From Leucoraja erinacea (Eukaryota), in NCBI RefSeq assembly GCF_028641065.1, contig NC_073402.1, positions 21,948,001-22,012,000 of the forward strand: a stretch of DNA of 64,000 nt, written 5' to 3'. Within the stretch, counting starts at the first letter, position 1. Every line of letters begins with the position of its first letter. Positions 61,496 through 64,000 of the stretch are shown one piece after another. The position numbers and the translations under genes were made by a program. The notes beneath the pieces were generated by a model. The model saw only the letters and a list, made by a program, of their open reading frames with translations, made no database searches and was not told the origin of the DNA.

Positions 61496-63435
61496 CACTG
61501 GTTGCAAAGGTCACAGTGCTCGTGCCAACATTCTCACTGAATGCGACATAACCAAGTCTGCTGGACTAGCCACCCTGGAGGTGGTCACCTGATGCAGGTG
61601 GGTTTGTGGCTCCAAGATGGGACTCCTGAGTCATCTCAGGTCTTTCATATTGATCTGTGGTGGAGCCATCTTCAAAATGAGGGATCGCTGTCAACAATGA
61701 CTGGCTCATTGTTCAAGATTTCTTTAAAGTAATTCTAGGGTTCGATTCGTTTTGCCTTGTTATATTCTCAAATCACCAGCTTTATTTCTGGGTAGTGGTG
61801 TCATGCTTGGTGTTTTGTTCAGTTCATTTCAGTACATTTTAGTTTTATTGTTACATGGACAGATCAGCCTCCACCTACTGAATGAGTGCGGCTCAAAAAT
61901 CATCATTCAAAAAGCTCAAAGGCACAATGAAAGTATATTGACAACCATCCCAAATACTCATTTGACCGGGCGCCGCTTATATGACCTACAGCACGGACTG
62001 GACTGTGAAAATGGCGCCAAAACTTGCCGCCTCTTGCATGTGGTCCCAGTGGACGGTTTCTGTACATTTTGCTAATCGGGGATTGTGCTTGCGTATGGGA
62101 ATATTTTACTGAACCGTATGCGAAATAAGAATTTCACCGTGCATTTACATAAGTGACAGTAAGGCACCTTTGGCCACTTCTTTGTATTCAATGGCTGCAC
62201 CGTGCACCATCTAACTCATTTAGATGGATTCATTGATATTGCCTCTCAAACCCATGACTCGGAAGGACAAGAGCACCAGATTATTGGAGGCATCACCACT
62301 TGTGTTCTCACTCCAAGACACAAAGAATCCTGACCAGCTAACACCAGGGATATGGTCCAAACACAAGCCTGTCCAACCCCTTGATAATTTTGTAAGTTTC
62401 TATAAGATCCCCCCTCAATCTTCTAAATTCTAGCGAGTACAAACCGAGTCTATCCTGTCTTTCTTCATATGAAAGTCCTGACATCCCAGGAATCAGTCTG
62501 GTGAATCTTCTCTGTACTCCCTCTATGGCAAGAATGTCTTTCCTCAGATTAGGAGACCAAAACTGTACGCAATACGTGATGTTATGCTAAGGCTATGTTA
62601 ACTGTTTCCATGGATACATATTCGTCATTGGTAATGACAAATAAATTGATTCTGATTCTGATTCTAATGTGTAGGAAGGAACTGCAGATGCTGCTTTAAA
62701 TCGAAGATGGACACAAAAAGCTGGAGTAACTCAACGGGTCAGACAGCATCCCTGGAGAAAAGAATTGGTGACGTTTCGGGCCAAGACAGGGCTGTTTCCT
62801 TTATCACCTTCAGATGCTTTATCTTCTTCAGAAGAAGGGTCTCAACCCGAAAAGACACCTCTTCCTTTTCTCCAGAGACACTGTCTGACCCGCTGAGTTA
62901 CTCCAGCTTTATGTGTCCATCTTTTGTCACTGTCGTCAACTGCCTTTCACCACAGAGGGTAGCCGAGCATTTTGAGGTGGAGAAGCAAGAAGAGAACGTT
63001 CTTTTGCGTCATGTAACCTTCAAGCATAGAGCTGCTGGTGAATTCTGTGCAAATACAAACTGTAATTCAATAGTCAAGTTAGTATCTGAGTCGCGCTGTC
63101 GCAGAGACGCAGGCTGAGTAAATATCGTCAAAGCTCCAGGCTCCGTTCTGGTGTGAAAGCAGAGGTAGCACAGTGAGAGGGGACCAGTGACTAGCAGCTG
63201 CTGTGCGGTTTTCATTACCAGTGTTCCAAATGATAGTCATCCAAAACCATTCCTTATCTTGAAACAGATTCCTTGAGATAATATTTCTCATCATATCAGT
63301 GAAGAAATTACTGTAATAATGTTTTGAATTACTGAGTATGTTGGTCATTGTAATTTTATCATGTGTTTCTCAGTAGATCTTTTGAATACAGTTGCTCAAT
63401 AATTCCTTACTGACAATTTAAGAGTATGGTATTTA

Positions 63436-63737
63436 TTTAGTTTAGTTTAGAGATACAGCATGGAAACGGGTCCCTTGCTTCACCACGACCATGCCAATTC
63501 TTGATCACTCATTCACACTAGTTCCATCTTATCCCACCTTCTCATCACTCCCTGCACAAAAGGGGTTACTTACAGAGGTCAATTAACCTTAAAAACACAT
63601 GTCTTTGGGACGTGGGAGAAAACCGGGACACCCAGAGGAAACCCACGCGGTCACAGAGAGGAGATGTAAACAGTATCTGAGGTCTGGATTGAACCAGGGT
63701 CTCTGGCGCTCTACTAGCTGTGCCACTATGTGCTGTC
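63436..63737 (-). mobile_element. HE1-like SINE
   Basis: tttagtttagtttagagatacagc tail and antisense body. Confidence 0.75.
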
Positions 63738-63814
63738 CTGTTTTTCAAAGGCGCACAGCTTTAAAGTTCTATCTGAAGAGAAAAGAGCTCAGCTGGGAGA
63801 GTTCCTACTACTTA

Positions 63815-64000
63815 AGGGGCTGTCCCACTGTACAAGCTAATTCAAGAGTTCTCCCGAGTTTCCCCTGATTGGAACTCGGAGAATTACGGTAATAGCCGCT
63901 CGTAGGTACTCGGGGCTCTCGTGGCCATTTTTCAACATGTTGAAAATCTTCACGAGTCTTCACGAGCTTACCGCGTTTCCCGAGTACCTGCCGTTAGCGC
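63815..64000. mobile_element. Left end of a PIF/Harbinger-like MITE (truncated by the window)
   Basis: ttaAGGGGCTGTCCCACT terminus, CpG-rich body; the right end is not visible. Confidence 0.5.

Overview
Eukaryotic (vertebrate) genomic DNA, most likely a cartilaginous fish such as a skate or ray. This is inferred from abundant HE1-type tRNA/V-SINEs, CR1/HER1 LINEs and Penelope-derived repeats. Two spliced genes lie head-to-head. A PDIA6-type protein disulfide isomerase is on the minus strand (12 exons traced, ATG 15930, runs off the left edge, both WCGHC motifs intact, perfect ERSE upstream). AK2 is on the plus strand (6 exons, 23328-34102, 241 aa, plus a candidate alternative last exon). No coding exon is recognisable in 37-64 kb, which is dominated by LINE, SINE, PLE and MITE debris and three local duplications. 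Most unusual signals: (i) three ~12-31 bp palindromic micro-elements with 8-bp target-site duplications clustered upstream of PDIA6, two of them split by retroelement insertions; (ii) many minimal hammerhead-ribozyme-like motifs in Penelope-derived tails, including a near-perfect head-to-head pair; (iii) PDIA6-like next to AK2, which suggests a retained 2R ohnolog. No prokaryotic features or CRISPR arrays.
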